Shown in pieces: positions 41,170 through 51,762 of a stretch of DNA of 64,000 nucleotides. Source of the DNA: an uncultured archaeon (GTDB taxonomy: Archaea; Thermoproteota; Nitrososphaeria; Nitrososphaerales; Gagatemarchaeaceae). The DNA is taken from assembly GCA_963799775.1 (NCBI GenBank), contig CAWCYD010000003.1, forward strand, positions 1,312,001 through 1,376,000, written 5' to 3'. The translations under genes were made by a program, and so were the position numbers. Below the pieces are notes generated by a model, which was not told where the DNA came from, made no database searches, and was given only the letters and a program-made list of their open reading frames with translations. The first letter of the stretch is position 1. Each line of letters begins with the position of its first letter.

Positions 41170-42078
41170 ATGGGACTATACACGAGGATGGCGGCCCTGT
41201 TCTTCGTACTCACGGGACTGCTGATGCTGATAGGGTACTTCATCGGACTCTACTTTGGCGACCCTCTCGCCTTCATGCTGCTAGGCCTTGTCCTCGCAGG
41301 CGTCGTGAACTTCGTCTCCTACTACTTCAGCGACACCATAGTCGTGAAGATGAGTAGGGCTAGGATCATCCAGCCCAGCGACAACCCGACCCTCTACTCG
41401 ATAGTGCAGAAGGTGGCCCAAAGGGCGGGAATCCCCACCCCGAGGGTCGGGATCGTCAGCTCGCCCCAGCCCAACGCCTTTGCGACGGGGAGAGGCCCGA
41501 ACAAGGCGGTCGTGGTCGCGACCTCCAGCATTCTCCAGACTCTGACGCCCGACGAGCTGGAGGCGGTGATCGGCCACGAGATAGGCCACGTCGTCCACAG
41601 GGACGTGCTCACCTCGAGCGTCGCCGCGACCATCGCCGGCGTGATCTCGTACATCGGGAACATCGCGCTCTTTTCCATGATGTTCGGGTCGTTCGGGAGC
41701 GGGAACAACAAGCAGGGCTCGAACCCCATAGCCCTCGTTGCCGCCATAATCCTGGTGCCGTTGGGCGCGACGTTCGTCCAGCTGGGGATCTCACGGGGCC
41801 TGGAATACAACGCTGACGAGTACGGAGCCAAGCTGACCCAGAACCCAGGGGCGCTCGCCTCCGCACTTCAGAAGATTGCCGCAAAGGCCCAGACAAGGCC
41901 CATCTCCGCCGCGGGGAATCCCGGAGGTTCTCCCTCGCCCGCCACCGCCTCGCTCTGGATAGTGAACCCGTTCAGGGGGAGCACGATGCTCGAACTCTTC
42001 TCGACCCACCCCTCCATCCAGCACCGGGTCGAGAGGCTCCGACAGATGGGCCAGCAGATGGGCGTCTACGTCCAGTAG
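41170..42078 (+). CDS. htpX: Zinc metalloprotease HtpX (M48)
   Basis: PNAFATGR, HEIGH, EYNAD, LASALQKI, FSTHP. Confidence 0.93.
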   Translation: MGLYTRMAALFFVLTGLLMLIGYFIGLYFGDPLAFMLLGLVLAGVVNFVSYYFSDTIVVKMSRARIIQPSDNPTLYSIVQKVAQRAGIPTPRVGIVSSPQPNAFATGRGPNKAVVVATSSILQTLTPDELEAVIGHEIGHVVHRDVLTSSVAATIAGVISYIGNIALFSMMFGSFGSGNNKQGSNPIALVAAIILVPLGATFVQLGISRGLEYNADEYGAKLTQNPGALASALQKIAAKAQTRPISAAGNPGGSPSPATASLWIVNPFRGSTMLELFSTHPSIQHRVERLRQMGQQMGVYVQ

Positions 42079-42095
42079 ACGTAGCGACCGGCGCC

Positions 42096-43486
42096 CTATG
42101 TCGCTCTGAGCGCCTTTAGATGTTCCATGCTCCGGGCGATGTCCACGGCGCTCCCCACGTCGTCTCTGTGACGGAACTTCCGGCCGAGCGCGCTGACGCC
42201 GCTCAGGGAAATCTCGTGCGCTTCGCCGAGGGTCGGCGCGATCCCTGTCACGGCGACAGAACGCGACGTGCCCATCAATATCTTCCCACCCTTGCCAAGC
42301 CTGAGGTCCATGGGGAAGAGGCGGAGGTCTCCGCCGCTCTTCTTCTCGAGCGCGAGGGCACGCGTCAGACTGACCGCCTCCTGGGCAGATGGCGGCGCCC
42401 CACCCGTCCCGTAGGCCCGCGGGACCGCGCAGGTAACCACCGAGGCCATGTTGGAGAATCTTATCCCCTTGAGGTGTCCCTTCGATCATCCTGTAGCAGA
42501 CGTCGACGTAGTCGTCGAGCATGGTGGTGAGGATGCTGATCTGCTCTGTGTTCCCTCCCCTGCTGTTCCTCTCGAGTATCTTGAACCCACTGCTCGTGTG
42601 CATCAAGGCGTCGTAAAGGACGATGCCGCGGAGGCCCGGGTTCGACCCGCGCCCCTTCCACTTGTCGAAGGCCCTGCGCTCGAGCTGGACCACCTTGTCC
42701 CACTCGGATGAGGGAAGGAACGGCAACACCTCCCTGGAGTCCCTGTAGCTGCCCATTCCCCCCGTGAGCTTTCCCTTGTCCCCGTCGAGGGCGCGCTTGT
42801 AGTCCCTCGTGAGGGGGGCGGGGACGAAGTGCCGGCCGTCGCTGAAGGCGTGGAAGCTCGACTCCTCCCCTTCCACGCGCTCCTCCACGACGACCCTTCC
42901 CTTGGAGTAGACGTTGCGGAAGAACTGCAAGGCCTCTTCCTCGGTCCGAAAGTCCTTGCCCCATACACCCACCCCCGCTCCCCTCGCTGGGGCGTCTGGC
43001 TTGATCACGAAACCCCTGCGATTCTCCGATGCGAACTTCTTGAGGTCGTCCACCGCCTCCCGCTCGCTCGAGTATCTCGACGGGTCGAGTGACCCTGTAG
43101 CGCGGGTTCGCTTCGGGGCAAATCTCCTCGAACAGGAGGCGCTGGTCGGCCTTGCTCGCCTCGACCGCGAACTCCTTCGTGACGCAGAGCATCTGGATGC
43201 CGGTCTCCTTCTCGAGGACGTCCCTACCGCCTGCAGTGACAAAGTCCTCGGTGTCTGTGAGACCGAATGCGATCTTCTTCTTGTGCCGGGACGCGAACGT
43301 TACTATCTCCGCGACATTAAGGTCAGGGATCACCTTGTGGACCTTCGCCCTCTTCGAGTTCAGGGGGTTGACCTGCTTCTCAGCGACGTAGAACTCGGGC
43401 CTGTAGCTCTCGCTCCTCGCGAACGTGTCTATTATCGCGGCCGAGCTGAGACACTTCGAGACGATGAGGATGCCTACCTTGTCCAA
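42096..43486 (-). CDS. purD: Phosphoribosylamine-glycine ligase-like ATP-grasp protein (frameshifts near 43090 and 42470)
   Basis: VEASKA, VIKPD...G.GV, VEERVEGEE.S, DYKRALDGDKG..TGGMGSY. Confidence 0.7.
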
Positions 43487-43540
43487 CGAAGTGACGGCGA
43501 GTTTCTAGGAGTTTTAAACCGTAGTCGATGAGGAAAAGAA

Positions 43541-43750
43541 TGGTGGGACGGGAGAGAATCAGCAGGTATACTTACGGTTCTCGACCCAGATGACGCGCCC
43601 TCGCCTCGTCTAGTGTTCATTGCGCCTCCGCCGGGGCATGTAGGTAAATTTGGTGGGCCGGGAGAGAATTGGCAGGTTTAGTTACGCGACTCGACCCAGC
43701 TGACGCGCCCCCTTCTCGCATAGGGTCCAATGCGCCTCGGCCGGAGCATG
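43541..43750. repeat. Two diverged tandem units with 110-bp period, each starting with the tRNA-Val 3' end
   Basis: Unit A 43541..43650, unit B from 43651; 43653..43671 matches 50956..50974 exactly (19 bp); shared CTCGACCCAG-TGACGCGCCC and end motif. Confidence 0.88.
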
Positions 43751-43793
43751 CATGCTCCGAAACCGACACTGTCCTCTCGCGGGGATGCGGGGA

Positions 43794-45019
43794 CTAGACC
43801 GGCAAGCATGTGTCATTTGAACCAATCAATGAAGGGTTCGCATCGCCCTCGAAGTTCAGGTCGGGGAAGGCCAGGAGATGCCCCGAGGTCGCCACGTAGA
43901 ATTCGTTGGTGCTGGGGTTGTAGGCAACCAATTGTGGCGAGCTCGGGAGCGAGTACATGGTGAGCAGGGCTCCGGACGTTCCGTCGTACACCAGCAGGTA
44001 GTCGTAGTTCTGCGGGACCATGGCGACCTGGTTCGCCGAAGGAACCACGGTCATGCCGAGGAAGGGGCCGCAAGTGTCAGGGTCCACGTGGAAGATCGTG
44101 CCCCCGTTGGTTCCATTAAGGGCGACGAGCTCCCTTGCTCCAGAAGCGTAGACTATGTTCGTCGCCGGGTTGGAGGTCATGGTCGTGGAGTACGCCGAGT
44201 TCAGGTGAACGGTGGCGACCAGGCTACGGCTCGTCTCGTTGACTATCGACACGACCGCGTCGCAGTCAATGCCGATCTGGTCGCACCCGTCGGCATACAC
44301 CATGTTTGTCATGGGATTGACTGCCAGGTTAAAGGCCCTGAAACCAAGCGACACGTTTGACACCAGGGAGCCCGTCTGGACGTCGACGCCAAGGAGACTG
44401 CCATTATGGCCTGCGGGCCCGGGTTCCCCCCCGCGGAGCCGTAAAGGATGTGAGTGGATGGGTCGTAAGCGAGCGCGCCCTCGGGGGAGTCGAGCGGAAG
44501 CTCGCGCACGATTGCGTTCGTGGAGCCGTTGATCTCGGCGACCTCGCCCTTGACGGGCGCCCCGTCGTTGAAGAACTCGACCGAGACGAACACGATGCCT
44601 GTGGGGTTGTCGACGGCGATTCCTCCAGTGCCGCTCGCTGGCAGTGTGACGTTCGCGATCGCTGCTTGCGACGACGCGTCTAGGACGGTCTGAGTGAACC
44701 CGTCAACGATGTAGACTCTGCTGATGTTGGGATTGACCGCGATTGTCTCCGCGTACGGATCAGGAGATTGTCCGATAGTTATGTTCGCTGTCTCGACGCT
44801 CGCGACCGGAATGGGCTGACCGCTAGCTACGCTTACGAAGGAGGTAGAGGTGCTGGTCAGAGTGGACGTCGAAGTCGAGGTGCTGGTAGAGGTGATAGTC
44901 TGAGTGGATGTCGAGTTGAGCGTCTCGGTGCGCTGGGCTTGGATGCCGAGTTGGTAGCCAACCCCTAGACTCGCTGCGACCAAGACTATGACAACCGCTG
45001 CGACGATTGCGCTCCTCAT
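43794..45019 (-). CDS. Membrane-anchored YncE/YVTN-like beta-propeller protein, frameshift near 44390
   Basis: N-terminal TM, S/T linker, repeats IAVNPN..RVY, IAVDNPTG.VFV, LAVNPMTNMVY, VAYNPSTNEFYV. Confidence 0.8.
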
Positions 45020-45183
45020 AGCGCCTCAGGATGAAGCGTGCGCGCTCCCTATTGAACCCGATAGAACAGGTCTCCTAGCGCGCGGGCTCCGCCAAGCATG
45101 TCAAAATGAAGTACGCGGGGCTTTGCCATACACAGGGTTCATTGCGCCTCCGCCAGTGGATTTTAGCAGCAGAGTGGCCCAAC

Positions 45184-46929
45184 TCATCCGCAATCGTAAA
45201 GGGCTGTCAGGCCTTCATAGTCGCTGCCCGCGTACACCGTCAGGGTTGCGTTCGTGCCGTAAGCAACCACCTGGCGATTTCCGTTCTCCCACGCCATGAA
45301 TGTGCAGTTCCCCTCGTTCTGCTGCACCGACACGGCGTATTCCTGCCCATAGGTCAGGTCACTAAATGTGACTGACGTGTATCCCGTTGCTACGGTCGCT
45401 CCTGAGATGCTGAGAGACACTGCATAGCCGTAGATCAAGTGGTTTGGGTCGTTATCTGCTGCGGCGATGCCGATGCCTTGCGGTAGCATCCTCACTGTCG
45501 CGACGACACTCTCTGTCGCAGACGCCACGACTGAGAGAGGCTCGTAGGGGCCGCAAGGAGAGTATACGTCCCCGTTGGCGGAGTCGAATACCGCAGGTTC
45601 GGCACTGCACGAGACGGTCACATTCGCTATGACCGCATTTGCGGTCTCAGATATCACGGAGATCGACTTGGGGAGGGCACCCAAGGGGCCTGAAAGCCCT
45701 CCTAAGGCAGAGTCAGCGATGTAGACCCTGCCATCCAGGGAATCTAACGCGGGGGTCGTAGGACCAAACCCGACAGTGATGGTAGCAACCAGTGAATTGT
45801 TCGTGGTAGATATCACGGAGACGGTACCAGGATAAAAATCAGGATTGCCGTAGTTCGGAACGTAGATGTTCCCGTTGGTCGGGTCGAGCATAGGGAAACT
45901 AGGATCGGTGCCAACCGTGACGTTGGCGATGATGGCGTTTGAGGCTCCTGAGACTACCGACTCGACGTTCTGTTTGGAGCCGGAGGTGGTCACATAGATG
46001 TTCCCGGTTGCGGAGTCGAAGAGCGGCGGGCCAATCGGAGACCCGGGCAGGGACACGCTAGCAATCACCGTATTGCTATTGCCCGAGAGTATCACGAGGC
46101 TGTCGTTGGTGAGGGGCACGTAGACGTCACCGTTTGACGGGTCAGAGACCGCTTCTCCAGGGTCGTGACCAACAGGAATCGTGGCGATAACAGAGTTCGT
46201 GGTTCCAGATATCACCGACACACTGCCGTTGTCCGCGTTGGGGACGTAGATCTCGCCGTTGTAGGAGTCGAAGGCGGGTGTCAGAGGGTTGGTTCCCACT
46301 AGCAGATTCGCCACAACGCCATTCGTTGTCCCAGACACCACTGAGACTGTGTCCCCGTCACCGTTGGGCACGTAAAGGTAACCGTCGAAGGTGTCGAGGA
46401 CAGGAGTCTGCGGCCAACTTCCGACGGTGACCGCCCCCACCAACTCGTTCTTGACGGTTGACACCACCAAGAGCGCATCTCCCCCATCTTGAGGCACGTA
46501 GAGGCACCCATTCATCGGGTCGAAGAGGGGTAGGGATAGCGAAGCAGGGATGTTTGTGTCTGTCACAACCGGCCGGGTGTTGGTGGAAGGCGAATAGGAA
46601 GTCGCGCTGACCCTGGTCTCTGTGGGGGCGCATGCATCGGCGGTCAGTTCAGTAGTCGAGACCGTTCCGTTGACGTATCCTGACGACTCGCTCGTGGTGG
46701 TCGAGGTACCCGGGATCGTCTGACTAGCGATTTGGCTGCTCGAAGTGCCGACCTGATTCGAACTCGTGCTCGAGGATGGCGGCGCCTGGCTCGATGTGCT
46801 ACCCGATGAAGTTGAGAGGCCGTTCGGTTTGGCCTGGAACTCCAGAGGCAGCGACACGAGTAGAAGGACAACTAGGAAGATGGCGGCTTGCGCAACTGCG
46901 AATGCGCCTTCTTTCCTTCTCATCACCAT
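45184..46929 (-). CDS. Membrane-anchored YVTN-repeat beta-propeller protein
   Basis: MRRKEGAF plus TM, S/T linker, about 8 repeats of P.FD..NG.IYVP...VSVISG.TN.VIA. Confidence 0.88.
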   Translation of the reverse strand: MVMRRKEGAFAVAQAAIFLVVLLLVSLPLEFQAKPNGLSTSSGSTSSQAPPSSSTSSNQVGTSSSQIASQTIPGTSTTTSESSGYVNGTVSTTELTADACAPTETRVSATSYSPSTNTRPVVTDTNIPASLSLPLFDPMNGCLYVPQDGGDALLVVSTVKNELVGAVTVGSWPQTPVLDTFDGYLYVPNGDGDTVSVVSGTTNGVVANLLVGTNPLTPAFDSYNGEIYVPNADNGSVSVISGTTNSVIATIPVGHDPGEAVSDPSNGDVYVPLTNDSLVILSGNSNTVIASVSLPGSPIGPPLFDSATGNIYVTTSGSKQNVESVVSGASNAIIANVTVGTDPSFPMLDPTNGNIYVPNYGNPDFYPGTVSVISTTNNSLVATITVGFGPTTPALDSLDGRVYIADSALGGLSGPLGALPKSISVISETANAVIANVTVSCSAEPAVFDSANGDVYSPCGPYEPLSVVASATESVVATVRMLPQGIGIAAADNDPNHLIYGYAVSLSISGATVATGYTSVTFSDLTYGQEYAVSVQQNEGNCTFMAWENGNRQVVAYGTNATLTVYAGSDYEGLTALYDCG

Positions 46930-46935
46930 CTCGAC

Positions 46936-49144
46936 CTATCCTGCGACCACGGTGGTCTTCGCGGTCGCCGTCGAGTTGTCCGCATATAGGGCCACGAAAG
47001 TGATGACGTAAGAGTCTCCCGCTATCGCCTGCGGAGACTGGAACGTGCCCTTGTACTCGTAGATCACGTCGAGCTGCCCTATCCCGTGCCCCAGGTTCCC
47101 CTCGTCCGTCCCGTTGACGAAGAGCTGCAGGCTCTTGACGGGCTGTGGCCCCTGGAAGTAGATCTCACCTGTGAGATAGGGGCTCGGATAGAGGCAGTTC
47201 GAGGGGCAGAGCGAGAAGCTTTGCAGGGTGACCTGCTCGACGTCGAAATGGACGATTGCGAAAGCGCCCCACTCGTCGCCCGCCAAGACGGTGTAGACCC
47301 CCGGCGTGAAGGGTACGAAGGCGGAGCCGTTGTAAAAACCTTTGAAAGCGTTCGTGTACGACATCGCGTCTCGTTCTCCACCGCACCCGAGGATTATGCA
47401 CCCTTCGAGGGCACTGTTTATCGCCAGGTCGCTCGAAGCCTGGAACACGTAGCCAAAGACTTCTCCAGCTTCGAGCGGGCAGGTGTGTGGCGAGGAGTAC
47501 AGGGTGAGCCAATGCGACACGTCAGAGAAGTTGTTTGCAGCGTAGTACCCTGTGGCGATCGCCCACCCCTCCGGCAAGCCCACGATTCCGCACGGACCAT
47601 CCCCGAGTGGAGTGCCGGCCGGCGAGTGGAGCGAGCGGGGCGGTCCCAGCAGGGGGAAGCTGTCGGAGGCCGTGACGTTGTTGTCCTGTGTAAGGGCGTT
47701 CTGCTCGTCGACCGTGATGGATATGGGTTGGCCGGTCTGGATGTCCGTCGAGCTGGTCGAGATGCTGAGCACCAATCCGTCGACCGACGGAGAAGAGGCA
47801 GTTCTTGCGACGGTCGGTCCGATCACGGACAAGTCACCCGTCGAACCTGAGGCCCCGTTCGCGGGCACGTAGATGTCGCCGTTCTTAGGATCGTATGCGG
47901 GAGTGAGTGGGTTGGGACCGACCTTGAGGGTCGACACAACGGGGTCAGCTATCGGCGAAATGGGGTACGCTCCAGAGACGATGTCGACTGTGTCCCCCGT
48001 CCCGCTTGGGACCACGACGTCTCCGGTCGCCGAGTCGATTGTCGGCGTCCGGGGGTCGTCTCCCACCGTGAAGTTTCGTATGAACGTGTTCGATCTATCC
48101 AACAGCATCCAGAGGCTCCCGTGGAGGGTTCCCTCTTCAATGGCGGGCACGTAGAGCTCTCCGTTCCGAGGGTCGAACGCGGGCGTCAACGGCCGGTTGT
48201 CGCCCATGCTCACCTCGGCTACGGCCTTGTTGGTCACGCTCGACAACGTTGTGATGGAGTGTCCGCTGATGTCTGGGAAGTACAGGTCCACCGCTCTCGG
48301 GGTCGAGGGCCGGCGTGCTCGGGTTGGGGACCGCGATGCTTGCCACTATGGTGTTGTTGGCGCTCGAGATCCGGTAGACAGTGGAGTTGACTTGGTCTGG
48401 GACGTAGATGTCGCCGTTGTAGGAGTCGAAGAAGGGAGACCCCGGAAGCTGCATGCTCAACGTCGCCAGGACGGCGCTCGTGGTCCCGGAGACTACCCAC
48501 AGAGTGCCCTCGGTCCCCCCGGTCATGTTGGGGGATGACAGATAGACGTCGCCGTTGGATGCGTCGAAGACCGGCGGACCAAGGAACACCTGGTGGCTGC
48601 CTGGAAAGGTCACGTTGGAGATCACCGAGTTGGTCGCCCCCGAGACGACCAGCAGCATTGCAGGCGGTCCGCCGCGGCCCAACGGCAAGGTCCCGGAATG
48701 CTGCACGGTCGCGTATATGTCGTCATTCTCGGGGTCGAATGCCAGATTCTGTTCCCCATAGCCAAGCGTCACCGTGGCTATGACCGCGTTCGATGTTCCT
48801 GAGACCACCGACAGCTGGTTTCCGAAGAGCGTGCTTGGGACGTACAGGTCTCCGTTCGCCGGGTCGAAGAGAGGCGTCCCCGGAGTGGCCGTGACAGATA
48901 GGGAAGTAAGAACTCCGTAGGTCGAGTTCTGGGTAGGAACAAAGGAGGTGTTAGTGCCTGTCGAAATCGTGCTAGTCGTCGAGGTGGTCTGCTCACAACA
49001 TTGGCTGGACGACGATTTGGTTGTTTGGACAAACAAAAGTGGAGTGATTACGAGGCTCGCCAGGATTAAGACCGCCACGATGACGAGTGCCGCGGCTACG
49101 AATCTGTAGCGCCCATGGAGATTCCGGGACGTAATCGGATCCAA
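46936..49144 (-). CDS. Membrane-anchored YVTN-repeat protein with Cys-containing C-terminal domains, frameshift near 48295
   Basis: ORFs 48137..49144 and 46936..48291 join within a repeat (LDPESG/DLYFP). Confidence 0.82.
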
Positions 49145-49306
49145 TGTTGGCCACAGGTGAGCTGGAATTGAGATGTTTCGCGATTAATACCTTTGTCCGA
49201 ACCCGAGATTCTCGATCGCGCGCGCTGGTCCTGGCCGGATTGCGAGGCCTTAGTTTGATTGATTTCGTCCGGCAACGGGTTCGGCCCGAATCACAGCTCT
49301 TCTTGC

Positions 49307-49349
49307 CAAACGGAGCATAGTCTAGGCTATTTCTGGAGTGGGCCGGGAG
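49307..49349. repeat. 43-bp exact direct repeat (second copy 50925..50967) including the tRNA-Val 3' end
   Basis: CAAACGGAGCATAGTCTAGGCTATTTCTGGAGTGGGCCGGGAG present at both sites. Confidence 0.93.
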
Positions 49350-49413
49350 GCGCACGGCGCCATGAGCGCTTGGGGCCCAAGCATTTTATTGGACCCAACC
49401 ATTTCGCCCAAAC

Positions 49414-49677
49414 ATGGAAGAAGGCCCACTTTCGAGGATACTCGCGTTTTCCCTTATAGGCGGTCTGGCCTTGTTCCTTGGGGTGTTGCTCCTCTTGTAT
49501 GGGTTTGGCGGATGTTGCGGAGGGCAGGGATTATTGACAACTAACTCTGGCCCTTGCAGTTGTGCCACCATTACGCCCTCAGGTCCGGCATTGTCCGCCC
49601 CCTTCATTCTCGCAGGGGCTGGTCTCCTCGCAGGAGCGATGTGGACAGGATTGCAGGTTCGCCGAGAAAATCAATGA
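49414..49677 (+). CDS. Small two-TM membrane protein with Cys-rich loop
   Basis: TM-GGCCGG...PCSC-TM, 87 aa; the only + strand gene in the island. Confidence 0.55.
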   Translation: MEEGPLSRILAFSLIGGLALFLGVLLLLYGFGGCCGGQGLLTTNSGPCSCATITPSGPALSAPFILAGAGLLAGAMWTGLQVRRENQ

Positions 49678-49942
49678 GGCGGAATCACCCTTTGATTGGA
49701 CAGAGCCCGCTTGAGAGCCCTGAGACTATTAATAATTCGAACACGAGTGGGATGGTTGCGAGTCGGGGCGGCGCCGAGCGGCAATGGCACGCTTTCTATC
49801 ATCTTCGGGAGCGACAAGCACGGTAGTTGCGAGTCAGACTGCCTAGATGGACGACTCTTTTAGCGAGGAGAAGGTCCGAGGAGAGCAAGCAAAGCAGGGC
49901 ATTCGCAATGTACAGGTTTCATTGCGCCTCCGGGGCATTTCA

Positions 49943-50810
49943 TCATGCGACTTCGAAATACAGGAACACTGCCTGACCCCACTGATCATCCAACGCGACT
50001 GTGTACACACCCGGAACGAACGCCTTCGTGAATAGATCGTCTCGCAGATTTTGGGCGCTGTTCAGCACCGAATATGACGAGCTGTTCACCAGGTCATAGG
50101 CAGCTCTTCGTCTCGATAATGGCTGTCGTGTTTACGGGACCATAAGTCGTGTCGCCGACGCCATCCGGTGCGTCTTCAGTGAGGTTTGCCTTGAAGCTGT
50201 TCGGGAGAAGGATGATGTCGTGGACCGCCCCAAACTCCATGCAGGGTCCGGCCGCGTAAAGGAACGGGTGGTCGGCGATGCTGGTTATGTTCGAGCTTGT
50301 GTAGTATCCGTTGAGCACCACGATCTCCAGCGGCGTGCTCTCGTGAGGATCGGGCATGCACTGACCCCAGAAGGCGATCGGCACGCCTTCGAATGCCCAG
50401 GTATCGTTTGAGACGGATTCGCTGTTCGGTCCGGGCGAGATGCTCGAAAGCGTGGCGTTCATCGCGAGCGTCTGGCCGACCTCCAGCCTTGTTGCGTTGA
50501 TAGAGAGCGACAGCCTGATGTCGCTCGAGTCGGTGGTAGAATTGCCGCTGATGAGGGGGATGTCTGGCAGAGTCAGCGTAGTCGAAGTCGATGAGGTTGC
50601 TGAGCTTGTGGAGGAAGAAGTTTGAGAGCTTGTTATCTGTTGGGTGGATGCCTGAGAGGAAGAAGTGGTGGAAGCGGTTTCACTCGGCTTGTTGGCGAGA
50701 GCGCCGAGCGCGTACCACGATATCGCGCCCGCGGCTAGCAGGATTGCTACGGCCATGGCAACGACTTTGGTTGTCAAGAAGAACCCGTCGAGATCGAAGG
50801 GACTGGCCAC
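49943..50810 (-). CDS. Membrane-anchored S/T-rich surface protein, frameshift near 50100
   Basis: ORF 50094..50810 continues in another frame as ...AFVPGVYTVALDDQWGQAVFLYFEVA*, matching FTPGVYTVLAGDEWG in the 46936 protein. Confidence 0.8.
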
Positions 50811-50956
50811 TATTGAACCTCATCGTTAGCAGTCTTGGTAGAGGGCAGCGAATCTGCTGCCACAGGGAACTTGGAGCGATAGCGGTTTTTGCCCCAGTCT
50901 CGCCCCAAATGGAACTCCTTTTGTCAAACGGAGCATAGTCTAGGCTATTTCTGGAG

Positions 50957-51051
50957 TGGGCCGGGAGAGAATTGAACTCTCGACCTTAGCGACGCTCTTC
51001 GCGTATCCGCCGTGTCAGAGCGGCGTCCTGACCAGACTAGACGACCGGCCC
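50957..51051 (-). tRNA. tRNA-Val(GAC) with a 20-nt intron at 44/45 (50986..51005)
   Basis: CCGCT-CTGACAC-GGCGG anticodon arm; insert forms a bulge-helix-bulge; T-arm GAGAG-TTCAATT-CTCTC. Confidence 0.92.
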
Positions 51052-51117
51052 CCAAAAGACAGCCGGCAAACTGCAGTTTTTATCCTTACTCAATCTCAGC
51101 ATTCCGTTAGCGTTGCG

Positions 51118-51644
51118 TCACCGAGCCTTCTGGTAGAATTCCAGAGAGAGCAAGGTGTCCGGCGTGACTATAGCAGGTCTTGCTGACATCATTGTCGCGA
51201 ACTCGGCGACGGAGACAAACCTACCTTCCTGGGATTCGTTGCTAAGCGTTATCGACTTGTCCGACGTGCCCTCAAATACGGTGATGTACTCCCATTCTGT
51301 TCCGCCGGGTATTTTCCATCTTGGGGTGATGAACTTCCCCAGAGGAAGAATGTCGCACTCGATACCCGGCTCTTCCCTGATCTCCCTCCTCGCCCCTACG
51401 ATGTATGATTCGCCGGCGGAGACGTGGCCTGTGCAGGAAGCCGTCCAGAATCCTGGATAGAATCGACGGTCGTTGGCGCGCTTCTGCAGGTAGATCTCTC
51501 CCTTCGAGTTTGAGACGAAGGCGACGATGGCTCTGTGGAGAAGACCCTTGTCGAGGCATTCGCGGCCTGGTCGTCTGTCCACGACGACGTCGTTCTCGTC
51601 GACAACATCGAAATACTCTTGCGTGTCCTGTTCCTTGTAATCAT
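51118..51644 (-). CDS. NUDIX hydrolase, type-1 IPP isomerase-like (start frameshifted or uncertain)
   Basis: YFDVVDENDVV, LLHRA, LQKRA...PGFWTASCTGH, ARREIREE, EWEY. Confidence 0.75.
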
Positions 51645-51762
51645 TGAGATTATAGGTCGTGCGTCTCTCGCTCAGCCTGAATTATCGTGGCAGTATCGAC
51701 GAAGAGACGTCATTTGTCCGGAAGAGCGAGCGCTTTTATCCGGTCCGCTCAACTAGTCCCTC

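Larger units (their letters stand above)
43541..50974. mobile_element. Integrase-free island / cassette array at the tRNA-Val(GAC) 3' end
   Basis: tRNA 3'-end copies at 43541, 43651 and 49338; recurrent TTCATTGCGCCTCC motif; cargo of surface-protein genes only. Confidence 0.8.

Noticed and set aside
43541-43730. Split SSV-type integrase N-fragments reading through the att copies
   Set aside because: Short open frames exist on the minus strand, but there are no integrase motifs and no matching C-fragment in the island.
43541-43750. CRISPR array
   Set aside because: Only two 110-bp units, similar along their whole length, tRNA-derived, and no cas genes.
43794-50810. Diversity-generating retroelement acting on the surface proteins
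   Set aside because: No reverse transcriptase and no template/variable repeat pair differing at adenines was seen.
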